Made by a program: the position numbers and the translations under genes. A stretch of 64,000 nucleotides of DNA, from NCBI GenBank assembly GCA_015063695.1, contig SVTQ01000005.1, forward strand, positions 5,572 through 69,571, given 5' to 3'. Below are positions 39,534 to 48,082 of the stretch, in pieces (the first letter of the stretch is position 1; the number at the start of each line of letters is the position of its first letter). Source of the stretch: Oscillospiraceae bacterium. Lineage in GTDB: Bacteria; Bacillota; Clostridia; Oscillospirales; CAG-272. A model generated the notes under the pieces. It was not told where the DNA came from. It made no database searches and worked only from the letters and a program-made list of their open reading frames with translations.

Positions 39534-40304
39534 TTACGCGGAAACGTCGATAATCCTCGTTCCGCTTTCCTTTGCTTTCCTTTCAAGCTCTTCGGGGAGC
39601 TTTCCGTCAGTTACAAGAACGTCAACGTCCTCCATACCGCAGAAGGTAAAGGGGAGCATCTTGTCCACCTTGGTCTTGTCCATCAGCATCACCACAAGAC
39701 GGGCTTTTTTAGCCACCGTGGACTTCAGCTCGCACTCGCTGTAATTACCGCAGGTGAAGCTGCCCGAAAGGGAGAGCCCCGAGGGACAAAGAAATGCAAC
39801 GTCGATATTCATATCGGAAATAAACTTCATAGCGTACATTCCCGACACGGAGAAATTGTCACGGTCAACTCTTCCGCCGACTATGTTTACCACGTGCACT
39901 CCCGTTTTACAAAGCTCGAGGGCTATTGACGGGCTTGTGGTGGTGAAGGTCAGCCTTTCGGAAGGGAGAAAATAAGAAAGTCTTCCCACCGTTGAGCCTG
40001 AGTCCACAAATATGGAACGCCCCGGTTCGAGATATCGTGCCGCCGCCTTTGCTATCTTCGTTTTTTCCTCAACACGGGAGTTCATTCGGCTGGCGATGGA
40101 CTCCTCCGTGGTGTCACCGATAAACTTTACGCTTCTCGCTCCCCCTCTGACCTTTATAGCCGCACCTATCTTTTCGAAATACTCGATATCGCGCCTAATG
40201 GTCATGTCGGAAACGCTCGGGAACATCGAGCAAAGCTCCGCCAGTGAAACGAAGGGTTTTTCAGACAAAAGCACCCTTATTTTTTCACGTCTTTCCTCTG
40301 TCAT
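39534..40304 (-). CDS. DeoR family transcriptional regulator
   Basis: HTH VSLAELCSMFPSVSDMTIRRDIEYFEK plus a DeoR C-terminal sensor domain. Start moved to ATG 40304 (GAGGAG RBS). Confidence 0.85.
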   Translation of the reverse strand: MTEERREKIRVLLSEKPFVSLAELCSMFPSVSDMTIRRDIEYFEKIGAAIKVRGGARSVKFIGDTTEESIASRMNSRVEEKTKIAKAAARYLEPGRSIFVDSGSTVGRLSYFLPSERLTFTTTSPSIALELCKTGVHVVNIVGGRVDRDNFSVSGMYAMKFISDMNIDVAFLCPSGLSLSGSFTCGNYSECELKSTVAKKARLVVMLMDKTKVDKMLPFTFCGMEDVDVLVTDGKLPEELERKAKESGTRIIDVSA

Positions 40305-40323
40305 AACCCCACTCCTCTCTGCA

Positions 40324-40381
40324 TTTAACACTATGTTATATAAAATGTTAACTTTATATATTCTTATGTTAATTTTAACAT
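40324..40381. promoter_or_regulatory. candidate operator repeats upstream of the DeoR gene
   Basis: ATGTTA at 40333, 40345 and 40366. The last is part of the palindrome ATGTTAAttTTAACAT (40366-40381). TTAACA recurs at 40325 and 40436-40441. Confidence 0.3.
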
Positions 40382-40503
40382 ATTTCATCATTTCTGTCAA
40401 TGAAAAGAGCGTAGTTTTCAGAGCATATTTTAACTTTTAACACATTGTACACGAAGCGAAAAGGGCATAAAAAAACGCCCGAAAAATTCGGGCATTTTTA
40501 ACT

Positions 40504-41916
40504 CTATTTCATCATGGGAATTACTGCGGGAATATCCCCTGCTCCCATCACAAGCACCAGTTCATTTTCACCTGCTGTCTGTGCCACGTAAGCGGCAAGG
40601 TCGGAGAAATCTTCGAAGCAGAGAGCCTTTTTACCCTTCTCTCTTATCTTTTCTGCCATAAGCTCAGAGGAGACACCGAGAGTGTCTGTCTCACGTGCGG
40701 AATAGATGTGAGAAAGGATTATCTCATCGCAACTGCTTTCGGCAAGAACGGAAACAAAATCATCAAAGAGCTCTTTTGTTCTTGAATAAGTATGGGACTG
40801 GAATACGCAGTACACCTTGGAATACTCCATCTTCTCAACCGCCGAAAGAGTTGTGGCAATTTCAGTGGGATGATGAGCGTAGTCGTTGTAGATGTCGGCA
40901 CCCTTTACGGTCTTGCCCGAATATTCCATTCGTCTTGCGGCTCCCGCATACTCGGAAAGTCCCTTCCCGATATCCTCGGGGGCAATTCCCATAAGGTGTG
41001 CTACCGCCGCAGTTGCAACGGCATCGCAAACGCTGTGATTACCGAATACTTTCAGCTCTGCGTGGCAAAGGAATTCTCCTTTATGATAAACGTCGAACAC
41101 ACCGCGGCCTTTGTTGAAGGTAATATTCTCTGCGCTGTAGTCTGCATCCTTACATTCAACTCCGAAGGTAACGAGTCTGCCCTTATAGTCTTTAACCGCT
41201 CTCATTACGTTTTCGTCACATAAGTTGACAACCGCAATTCCGTTTTCTCCCGTCTTGGCGGCAAACTTTGCATAAGACTCTTCGATCTGCTCCATGGAGT
41301 GGAAATAGTCCACGTGGTCCATTTCGATGTTAAGAATGACCGCGAGAGTGGGATAGAAATCGAGGAAGGAGTCCATGTACTCACAGGCTTCGAAGATAAA
41401 GAATTCCTCAGAGCCTATTCTGTGGGCCTTCCCCGTGTCCGCCATTACGGCACCGCAATTAACGGTTGGGTCAGTCCCTGCATAAGCGAACACCTTTTCG
41501 AGCATAGAGGTAGTTGTACTCTTGCCGTGCATACCCGAAACACCGATACTGTTCTTATATCCGCTCATAAGATAACCGAGATAATCAGCTCTTGAGATAC
41601 GGGGTATCCCCCTCTCTCCTGCCGCCTTGTACTCGGGATTATCTGCCGAGATAGCAACCGTATAAACAAGCACGTCAACGCCGTCAATGTGAGAAACGTC
41701 GTTTTCATAGTAAACGGTTATGCCTTCTGCCTCAAGATCAGCCGTTGCCTTTGAGGGAGTTCTGTCATATCCCGTTACGTTATGTCCGCGGAGCTTCGAA
41801 ATATATGCAAGGGAGCACATACTTACTCCGCCGATGCCTGCAAAAAAGAGGTTTTTCTTCCCTTTCATAAGCTCTGCTATATGTTCAGCTCCGAAATGAG
41901 TGTTTGGAAGTGCCAT
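40504..41916 (-). CDS. murC: UDP-N-acetylmuramate--L-alanine ligase
   Basis: GIGGVSMCSLA and GVSGMHGKSTTTSM motifs, Mur ligase domains. Start moved to ATG 41916. Confidence 0.93.
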   Translation of the reverse strand: MALPNTHFGAEHIAELMKGKKNLFFAGIGGVSMCSLAYISKLRGHNVTGYDRTPSKATADLEAEGITVYYENDVSHIDGVDVLVYTVAISADNPEYKAAGERGIPRISRADYLGYLMSGYKNSIGVSGMHGKSTTTSMLEKVFAYAGTDPTVNCGAVMADTGKAHRIGSEEFFIFEACEYMDSFLDFYPTLAVILNIEMDHVDYFHSMEQIEESYAKFAAKTGENGIAVVNLCDENVMRAVKDYKGRLVTFGVECKDADYSAENITFNKGRGVFDVYHKGEFLCHAELKVFGNHSVCDAVATAAVAHLMGIAPEDIGKGLSEYAGAARRMEYSGKTVKGADIYNDYAHHPTEIATTLSAVEKMEYSKVYCVFQSHTYSRTKELFDDFVSVLAESSCDEIILSHIYSARETDTLGVSSELMAEKIREKGKKALCFEDFSDLAAYVAQTAGENELVLVMGAGDIPAVIPMMK

Positions 41917-42116
41917 ATCACACCGCCCTTTCGTACATTCATGGATGAAATTATTACTACTTACTAAAACTTTATTCCCTCTTATTATATAATATTGTGA
42001 AAAAAATCGCAATAGGCAACGGAAATTTATTTTTTTTTGCACATTGTTAAAATTAAATTCATTTTTTCAAAGTATACTAATTTTGGAAAGATTTTATACC
42101 CTACGGAGGACCCAAA

Positions 42117-42428
42117 ATGAAAATTACAGACATCAGAATCAGAAAGCTTTTTAACGAAGAAGGACCCATGAAGGCTATCGCTTCCGTTACTTTCAATGAA
42201 TGTCTCGCAGTACATGACATTAAGGTCATTTACGCAAGAGAAAGATACTTTATCGTAATGCCCAGCAGAAAGAACGCTGACGGCACATACCGTGATATCG
42301 TTCATCCCATCAACGCTGATTTCAGAAACGCTCTCGAAGCTGCTGTTCTTGATGCTTATGAAAGAGCAATGGCTGAAGCAGAAGCTATGGAAGCTGCTGA
42401 AGCAATCGAAGCTGCTGATGCTGAATAA
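42117..42428 (+). CDS. spoVG: septation protein SpoVG
   Basis: MKITDIRIRK...AIASVTFNECLAVHDIKVI...IVMPSRK...DIVHPIN is a typical SpoVG sequence. Ala/Glu-rich tail. Confidence 0.93.
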   Translation: MKITDIRIRKLFNEEGPMKAIASVTFNECLAVHDIKVIYARERYFIVMPSRKNADGTYRDIVHPINADFRNALEAAVLDAYERAMAEAEAMEAAEAIEAADAE

Positions 42429-42450
42429 TAACCGATAACATATAGAATTT

Positions 42451-42478
42451 AAGGAGCCTTTAAGGCTCCTTTATTTTT
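42451..42478. terminator. terminator after spoVG (abuts the SGNH gene stop)
   Basis: AAGGAGCC-TTTAA-GGCTCCTT followed by ATTTTTAT. Confidence 0.7.
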
Positions 42479-43247
42479 ATACAATTTCTTCTGCGGCACG
42501 CACAATACACTGCCCGAGCTTTGCATAGCCTGCGCCGTTCAGATGGGCTCTGTCGGCAAACATGGGGTAGGGGGCGACGTATTCCTTTTCGGGATCATAG
42601 TCGGGGCGAAGCTCCGTTTCTGAATTGGTGTAGATGTGCCAGTTATCCTTCCCTATTCCGCTGGCATGCCACGCATCGCAGAAAGGAAGTCCGTTTTCTC
42701 TTGCAATATCCGAAATAAGCGCCGACATGGTTTCAAGACTTCTTCCCGTGCCTCTCGGCCAGTCCTCGTATCCGTCACGGTCGACCCAGTCGTATTTACC
42801 CACACAGTGAGGCGCAACAAGCATCACTGTGCAGTTTTCGTTTTTAGCTTCAGCAAGAAGCTCACGGAGCCTTTTAAGGACAAAAGCGAACTTTCCGCGA
42901 AGAGTATTGTTTTCGGGGAACATATCTCCCCTCTCGCCGTATTCCATGTGTCTTTCGTTATAGGCTCCGAGAAATATAATGAGGTCAACACCCTTTACTT
43001 CTTCCACAGAAAGGGGGCCGAAGCTTCCGTTTGTTCCCGTGAAGGGATCATATTTAAAATCGGGGCTGTCTGCAACTTCCTTGCCCTCCGTCATATCGAT
43101 AATACCTATGCCGCCATGGGCATGGGTCTTTATATTGCACCCCGTAAGACGGGCAAATTCCGCCTGCCACCTTCCGTCGGAGGTGATACTGTCACCAATG
43201 GCAAGAACGTTTTTATTTTTCCATTTTTTAAAGGTCATATTTTCCAT
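42477..43247 (-). CDS. SGNH/GDSL family hydrolase
   Basis: Block I VLAIGDSITSDG. A C-terminal D..H-like block (ADRAHLNGAGY). No signal peptide. Confidence 0.75.
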   Translation of the reverse strand: MENMTFKKWKNKNVLAIGDSITSDGRWQAEFARLTGCNIKTHAHGGIGIIDMTEGKEVADSPDFKYDPFTGTNGSFGPLSVEEVKGVDLIIFLGAYNERHMEYGERGDMFPENNTLRGKFAFVLKRLRELLAEAKNENCTVMLVAPHCVGKYDWVDRDGYEDWPRGTGRSLETMSALISDIARENGLPFCDAWHASGIGKDNWHIYTNSETELRPDYDPEKEYVAPYPMFADRAHLNGAGYAKLGQCIVRAAEEIV

Positions 43248-43280
43248 AACCGCTCACTTTTCAACTAACTATTTATGACG

Positions 43281-44717
43281 TTACAAATTGACGGAATAAT
43301 CCTTTTTAAATCCGTGTCCTCCGAATATCTGCCACTTGCCAACGCCGAGGCGCTGAAGAACAGCCTTTCTTTCAGCCGCGCAAAGCTTGGGGTCAGTATC
43401 AACGGAGGTCATCAGAATGGGAGCATACTGATTGTAGTCCGCCTGCGCCGCCGTAAGACCCTGCATATTGATATAGATATCTCCCGTAAACGCGATGTTC
43501 CTTCCGTAGTCGATAAGAACTATCTCACCGGGGATATGGCCGCCCTTTCCTTCGTAAACCTCAAAATGAAGCTCTTCAAAATCAAAAAATCCTATCTGAG
43601 TAAGAGGCTCTCTCAGCTCCCGGACATCATTCCACATGGCTGTGATCTTAGACGGATCTGTGGGTCTGTATGAGGTCAACTTTTTACAGATATTGATATA
43701 GGGCTTATGAAGGGGATTTTTCTCTCTGTATCCGTCAAGTCCATGATATTCATCCTCGAGACATCTTGCGGATCTATGGCTTGTTATGACCTCGTCAAAC
43801 AGGTCAAGAAGTCCGCAGTGGTCAAGGTCTGCATGAGTAACAAGAACTGTCTTCTTAACATTATCGAAATCGGGAATAAGGCTTCTCAGCACCTTAAGCA
43901 TTTCCTCGCGGTAACAAGCATATCCGCTGTCTACAAACAAATATTTGCCGTTGCTTTTGATAATTACCGTGTTGCTTCCGCAGGGAGGCTCAATGAGAGT
44001 TATCTCCGTATTGTCGGTCACTTTATGGGTGCTTATTCTCGGCATAAAGGCACTTCCCGTTGAGGCACCGAGAAGCTCCGCAAATTTGCTTATGCTGTCA
44101 AAGGTTCTGTAAGGGGAAAGTCCCTGCTCGTCAAGTGTCTGCATTGCAAGATTAACGTGAACGAGAAGCTCGCGGCGCACGTCCTCGGGAAGTCCCATCG
44201 TTTTGGAAAGTCCCAGAACGTAGGCATTATAAAAGATACTGTTGTCGAAAACCTTTTCGGAGCTGTTATAATCAATAACGCGAACCTTGCAGATCTTTTC
44301 CGCTTCGCTCAGAAACAGCGATATCTTATCAAAATCATCGACACACAGACCCATTTTGAAATACTGATAATCTGTTCCGTTTTCCTGGGAGCTGATATAG
44401 GAAATATTGAAATTGAAATCATTGATAAGTGTAAGAATATTTTCAACACTGCCGGGAACGTCTTTAAGACGGAATTCAATGAGAACGATGCTCGTTTTAT
44501 TAAAATTGCTCTGAAGATATCCTATCTTTTCAAGCTCGATATCCGCCTTGGCAAGCTTCTCCTCAGTTCCTTCCGCATCAATAAAGAGAGTATGAGAGTC
44601 AACTGCTTTGTTATAGTTTACACGGGTGATGTTTATTCCAAGGGCAGAAAAGCATTTACTTGCTTTAAGAAACGCACCGATATGATTTGGCATTGATGTT
44701 ACGTATGTTTTCTTCAT
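43281..44717 (-). CDS. tandem ACT-like domains fused to an MBL-fold metallo-hydrolase
   Basis: The N-terminal ~150 aa have two ACT-like units (VTSMPNHIGAFLKASKCFSALGINITRVNY and IEFRLKDVPGSVENILTLINDFNFNISYISS). The C-terminal half has MBL motifs (FVDSGY, VLVTHADLDHCG, GGHIPGE, FTGD). Confidence 0.65.
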   Translation of the reverse strand: MKKTYVTSMPNHIGAFLKASKCFSALGINITRVNYNKAVDSHTLFIDAEGTEEKLAKADIELEKIGYLQSNFNKTSIVLIEFRLKDVPGSVENILTLINDFNFNISYISSQENGTDYQYFKMGLCVDDFDKISLFLSEAEKICKVRVIDYNSSEKVFDNSIFYNAYVLGLSKTMGLPEDVRRELLVHVNLAMQTLDEQGLSPYRTFDSISKFAELLGASTGSAFMPRISTHKVTDNTEITLIEPPCGSNTVIIKSNGKYLFVDSGYACYREEMLKVLRSLIPDFDNVKKTVLVTHADLDHCGLLDLFDEVITSHRSARCLEDEYHGLDGYREKNPLHKPYINICKKLTSYRPTDPSKITAMWNDVRELREPLTQIGFFDFEELHFEVYEGKGGHIPGEIVLIDYGRNIAFTGDIYINMQGLTAAQADYNQYAPILMTSVDTDPKLCAAERKAVLQRLGVGKWQIFGGHGFKKDYSVNL

Positions 44718-44765
44718 TAATATATCACCTCGTTTGTGTTTTCAAAGACATCTGCGCTTTATACG

Positions 44766-45197
44766 TTACACCTGTCTGCATTTTACTATGGCTTCGGTCA
44801 CGTCCTTCAGAACAAGCTCACCGTTTTGGTTATAAACGTCGAAGGATATCTCCACAAGTCCGTTTCTTTCATTCCTTCTCACCGTGTTTGTAACCGTTGC
44901 TTTTCCCGTAAGAACGTCGTCGGCATAAACAGGTCTCAGCCATTCGATCTTTGTTGATTTTCCCGCAAGAAGCTCTTCTCCGAAGAAATCCACCTCAAGA
45001 TATTTTGCCCATACGGACATAAAAGACATTACCCCCGGTGCAATAAGCTTTCCAAAGATAGTGGTCTTTGCATATTCCTCATCGGTATGGAGAGGAACGT
45101 TATCGTAGTCATGAGCAAAGTCAAGCATTTTTTCTTTTTTTATAACAGCGGGAGCGGTCTCCACCGACATCCCGAGCTTTATGTCATCAAAAAACAT
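44766..45197 (-). CDS. MaoC-like (R)-hydratase / hotdog-fold protein
   Basis: 143 aa. DYDNVPLHTDEEYAK...IAPGVM is characteristic of MaoC dehydratase hotdog domains. Confidence 0.8.
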   Translation of the reverse strand: MFFDDIKLGMSVETAPAVIKKEKMLDFAHDYDNVPLHTDEEYAKTTIFGKLIAPGVMSFMSVWAKYLEVDFFGEELLAGKSTKIEWLRPVYADDVLTGKATVTNTVRRNERNGLVEISFDVYNQNGELVLKDVTEAIVKCRQV

Positions 45198-45279
45198 TTT
45201 TTCACCTTAGTATAATTATTTACTTTTTAAAGTATATCACAAAACCGAATGCTTGTATATAGTAAAATCAGTATTTGTT

Positions 45280-46374
45280 TTAGTTTAAAACCCCCTTCAT
45301 ATCTTTTCTCATCTTTCTTCTGACACGGTTGATATGCCGTTCAAAGTCGCCGTTATCTATAAGCTCCGCGAGAACGTACTGCATGAAGGTTGGAACGGTG
45401 CAGGAATAGAACCCGAGCTTTTCTTCGTAAACACCGACAAGATGCTTCGGCAGAACCATGTATCCGATACGAAGGGACGGAGAGATAGTTTTTGAAAAGG
45501 TATTCAGATATATAACATTGTCAGAATCGGAAAGCGCAAAAAGTGTTTCCGTTGGTTTGGTAAGCACCGAGAATTCGGACTCATAATCATCCTCAATAAT
45601 GTAACGTCCGTTTTCGTTTGCCCAACGCACGTATTCATGGCGTTTGGATGCCGTTGCCGTAACTCCGCTGGGATAGCTTCGATACGGAGTAGTATGCAGA
45701 ACGTCGGCATTTGTTGAAGAAAGAGCACTGCTGTTTATTCCGGCAGACGTTAATGGCAGACGTTCATATTCTATTTCGGTCGCTCTATACACCTGCTCTA
45801 TCTTCTTATACGACGGGGACTCAATTGCAAATATCTTATTTCTTCCGAGAAGCTCTATGATTAGTCCGTAAAGATATTCCGAGCCGGAGCCTATAACGAG
45901 CTGTTCGACGTCAACGTTTATTCCGCGGTTTCTCGCAAGATATCGTCTTATCGCTTCCCGAAGCTCTGTGCAACCGATATTAGGTGATTTTTCAAGAAAA
46001 ATATCTCCGTGCTCCGTCAGAACCTTCCGCATGGTTTTACTTAAAACGGAAAGGGGGAAATCGGGATATGAAGGTACTGAATGGTGTACGTTATGATAGA
46101 CAGGAGCGGTTCTGACGGAAGCCGCAAAGCCGTCATCCTTCCGAAAGGTCACTATATACCCGACACGCTCCTTTGCTTCCGCATAGCCTTCATCGCAAAG
46201 GAGCGCATACGTGTGCTCTACCGTTACCGTACTGAGACCGGTTTCTTCCGCAAGGCTTCTTTTTGAGGGGAGTTTGCTGTTATAGGCGTATATCCCGTTT
46301 ACTATATCCTCTCTCAGCTGACTGTAAAGCTGAAGATATACGGGCCTTTTTTCTTTATCTATAATATATTTCAT
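45280..46374 (-). CDS. MocR-type regulator (GntR wHTH fused to an aminotransferase-like domain), short form
   Basis: wHTH (LPSKRSLAEETGLSTVTVEHTYALLCDEGY) plus a class I/II aminotransferase-like domain with a PLP-lysine motif (TFSKTISPSLRIGY). Only ~60 aa follow the Lys, so it is shorter than typical MocR proteins. Confidence 0.8.
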   Translation of the reverse strand: MKYIIDKEKRPVYLQLYSQLREDIVNGIYAYNSKLPSKRSLAEETGLSTVTVEHTYALLCDEGYAEAKERVGYIVTFRKDDGFAASVRTAPVYHNVHHSVPSYPDFPLSVLSKTMRKVLTEHGDIFLEKSPNIGCTELREAIRRYLARNRGINVDVEQLVIGSGSEYLYGLIIELLGRNKIFAIESPSYKKIEQVYRATEIEYERLPLTSAGINSSALSSTNADVLHTTPYRSYPSGVTATASKRHEYVRWANENGRYIIEDDYESEFSVLTKPTETLFALSDSDNVIYLNTFSKTISPSLRIGYMVLPKHLVGVYEEKLGFYSCTVPTFMQYVLAELIDNGDFERHINRVRRKMRKDMKGVLN

Positions 46375-46468
46375 CTGGTTATATAAATTTCCTTGAAATT
46401 GGTGATTGTTATATACTCAGATATATTATACACTATGACGTAGCCAATGTAAAGGAGACAGACATAAA

Positions 46469-46978
46469 ATGAGTTCAAAAATAAAAAATACCGTCATGGC
46501 GGCGCTTATGGCTGCTCTCGCATGCGTTGCAACGATGATCGTTAAAATTCCGTCACCGTTGAACGGATATATAAATCTCGGAGACTGCATCGTTTTAACT
46601 GCAGGATGGATGCTTCCCTCGGGATATGCTTTCCTCGCAGCAGGTCTCGGCTCTGCCCTTGCAGATCTGTTCTCGGGTTACGTCACCTATGCTCCCGCAA
46701 CCTTTATTATCAAAGGGATCATGGCTCTTATCGCCTTTGGATGCTTTAAGCTTATGAACAAAAAAACAGGCAAGCTTCCGTCAAGACTTATCGGCGGCGT
46801 ACTTGCTGAGATCACGATGATACTCGGGTACTTCGTATTCGAAGGCTTTCTGTACGGATTCGGCCCGTCACTCGTAAATATACCCGCAAATGCCGTTCAG
46901 GGTGCTTTGGGTATCATTGTCGGTATTGTTTTGATTAAGATATTTGAAAAAGCGGGGTTTGGGGCGAAGGAAGAGTAA
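46469..46978 (+). CDS. ECF transporter S component (substrate unknown)
   Basis: 169 aa with five to six TM helices, small and Gly/Ala-rich, typical of ECF S units. Divergent from the MocR gene. No EcfT or EcfA genes nearby. Confidence 0.65.
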   Translation: MSSKIKNTVMAALMAALACVATMIVKIPSPLNGYINLGDCIVLTAGWMLPSGYAFLAAGLGSALADLFSGYVTYAPATFIIKGIMALIAFGCFKLMNKKTGKLPSRLIGGVLAEITMILGYFVFEGFLYGFGPSLVNIPANAVQGALGIIVGIVLIKIFEKAGFGAKEE

Positions 46979-47024
46979 GACTTTAAAGGCTGACATGCCC
47001 TTCTTTTCCTAACATGACTGACAT

Positions 47025-47057
47025 AAAAAAAGCCATCCGATATGCGAATGGCTTTTT
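47025..47057. terminator. bidirectional terminator (ECF-S / NUDIX)
   Basis: AAAAAAGCCAT-11 nt-ATGGCTTTTT. Confidence 0.6.
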
Positions 47058-47102
47058 GTGTAAAGACGAATTCAGGTAAAAGTAATCAAGAAAAAAGCAA
47101 GA

Positions 47103-47561
47103 TCACTTCAGCTCATACCGCCATTCGTCGTTTTCTTTATAATAAAAAAATTCACTTAAACTATCGTCCATGAAAACCTTGATCATATCAATCATATCCA
47201 AAGAAAGACGCTCGCCCATTGATAACAAATCATCAAGGCGCATCCAAAACACATCTCCTTCTTCAGACGACCTTATCTCACCGCTAAATCTATCGGTTTT
47301 ATAAAACAATGCTAAATACCGAGAGCCATCATCATTCACCCAACCTTTTGTTCCGCACAGAATCGGTGATGAAATAGTTAGACCGGTTTCTTCTTTAACC
47401 TCTCTGATTACCGCATCCGTTAACGATTCATTCATCTCAACATGTCCGCCGGGAAAACAAAGTCCTTTGTACTCATCATCAACTTTATCCTGAATTAATA
47501 CAAGATCACCTTTATATACTAAACACATATTGACGATTTCCGTCTTTTGTGCTCTATCCAT
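47103..47561 (-). CDS. NUDIX hydrolase
   Basis: Nudix box GGHVEMNESLTDAVIREVKEETGL. Start moved to ATG 47561 (AAAGGAGAA RBS). Confidence 0.85.
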   Translation of the reverse strand: MDRAQKTEIVNMCLVYKGDLVLIQDKVDDEYKGLCFPGGHVEMNESLTDAVIREVKEETGLTISSPILCGTKGWVNDDGSRYLALFYKTDRFSGEIRSSEEGDVFWMRLDDLLSMGERLSLDMIDMIKVFMDDSLSEFFYYKENDEWRYELK

Positions 47562-47679
47562 TTTTGTTCTCCTTTTCGGCGTTGAGATTATTCTTTGCTT
47601 TATTATGACCTGGATTCGTGAAAAATTCAAGAAAGGTTAGAATTTGTTCTCAAAAACAATCCTAAAAACCTTATTTATT

Positions 47680-48033
47680 CTATTTCTCCAGTATTTTTTC
47701 TTTCAATGTTTTGCAACTTGCTATCAACATACGTCTAATACGCCCACAAAGATTTCTATAAAATTTATATGTTTTTTCATCAATACAACTCGTATTAAAC
47801 AATAATTGCAACCAACCTTCTGTTTCACTGCATTCTTTGAGAGCAATTTCAAATTTTGAAAGCATATCGGCTTTGCTTTGACCGTAATTGGCTTCACGTA
47901 TATTTGCATAAACACTGCTTGAGCTTTTGCGGAGTTGAAATAGAGAGTTAGATGGTGCTTTTATCTTTTGACAAAGCAATTCCATATCAGTTGCAAGCTG
48001 TTCTGAATAATCCAACAAGTAGTTTTTAATCAC
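47680..48033 (-). CDS. four-helix-bundle protein (23S rRNA intervening-sequence protein / Avd-like family)
   Basis: QLRKSSSSVYANIREANYGQSKADMLSKFEIALKECSETEGWLQLL matches the family core (..S..SI.ANI.EG......F...L.IA.GS..E....L), from memory. GTG start with a GGGGAG RBS. Confidence 0.7.
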   Translation of the reverse strand: MIKNYLLDYSEQLATDMELLCQKIKAPSNSLFQLRKSSSSVYANIREANYGQSKADMLSKFEIALKECSETEGWLQLLFNTSCIDEKTYKFYRNLCGRIRRMLIASCKTLKEKILEK

Positions 48034-48082
48034 TTGATCACTCCCCTTCAGAAAGCATTATATTATACTTTCATTAAAAAAT

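Noticed and set aside
41917-42042. N-terminal extensions offered by the ORF track. Examples are murC from 42042, mraZ from 27944, rsmH from 27526, icd from 49854, the GntR gene from 52388, ptsH from 31964 and the DeoR gene from 40400.
   Set aside because: The extensions lack RBSs and overlap the upstream gene or promoter. They precede internal ATGs that have strong AGGAGG-type RBSs and family-typical N-termini. The shorter starts are used.
45280-46374. A MocR-type gene as a truncated pseudogene: only 364 aa and a short C-terminal aminotransferase part.
   Set aside because: The ORF is clean with a proper stop. Only 82 nt of spacer lie before the next gene and there is no out-of-frame remnant. 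It is treated as a short MocR variant, though the aminotransferase-like domain may be non-catalytic.
46979-47102. A direct repeat of the tRNA-Trp 3' end (att-like) marking the far border of the low-GC islet.
   Set aside because: I could not find any match to TTCAAGTCCTTCTGCCCCTGCCA or its complement between 46979 and 47102 or elsewhere nearby. There is no integrase either, so a classical integrative element is not supported.
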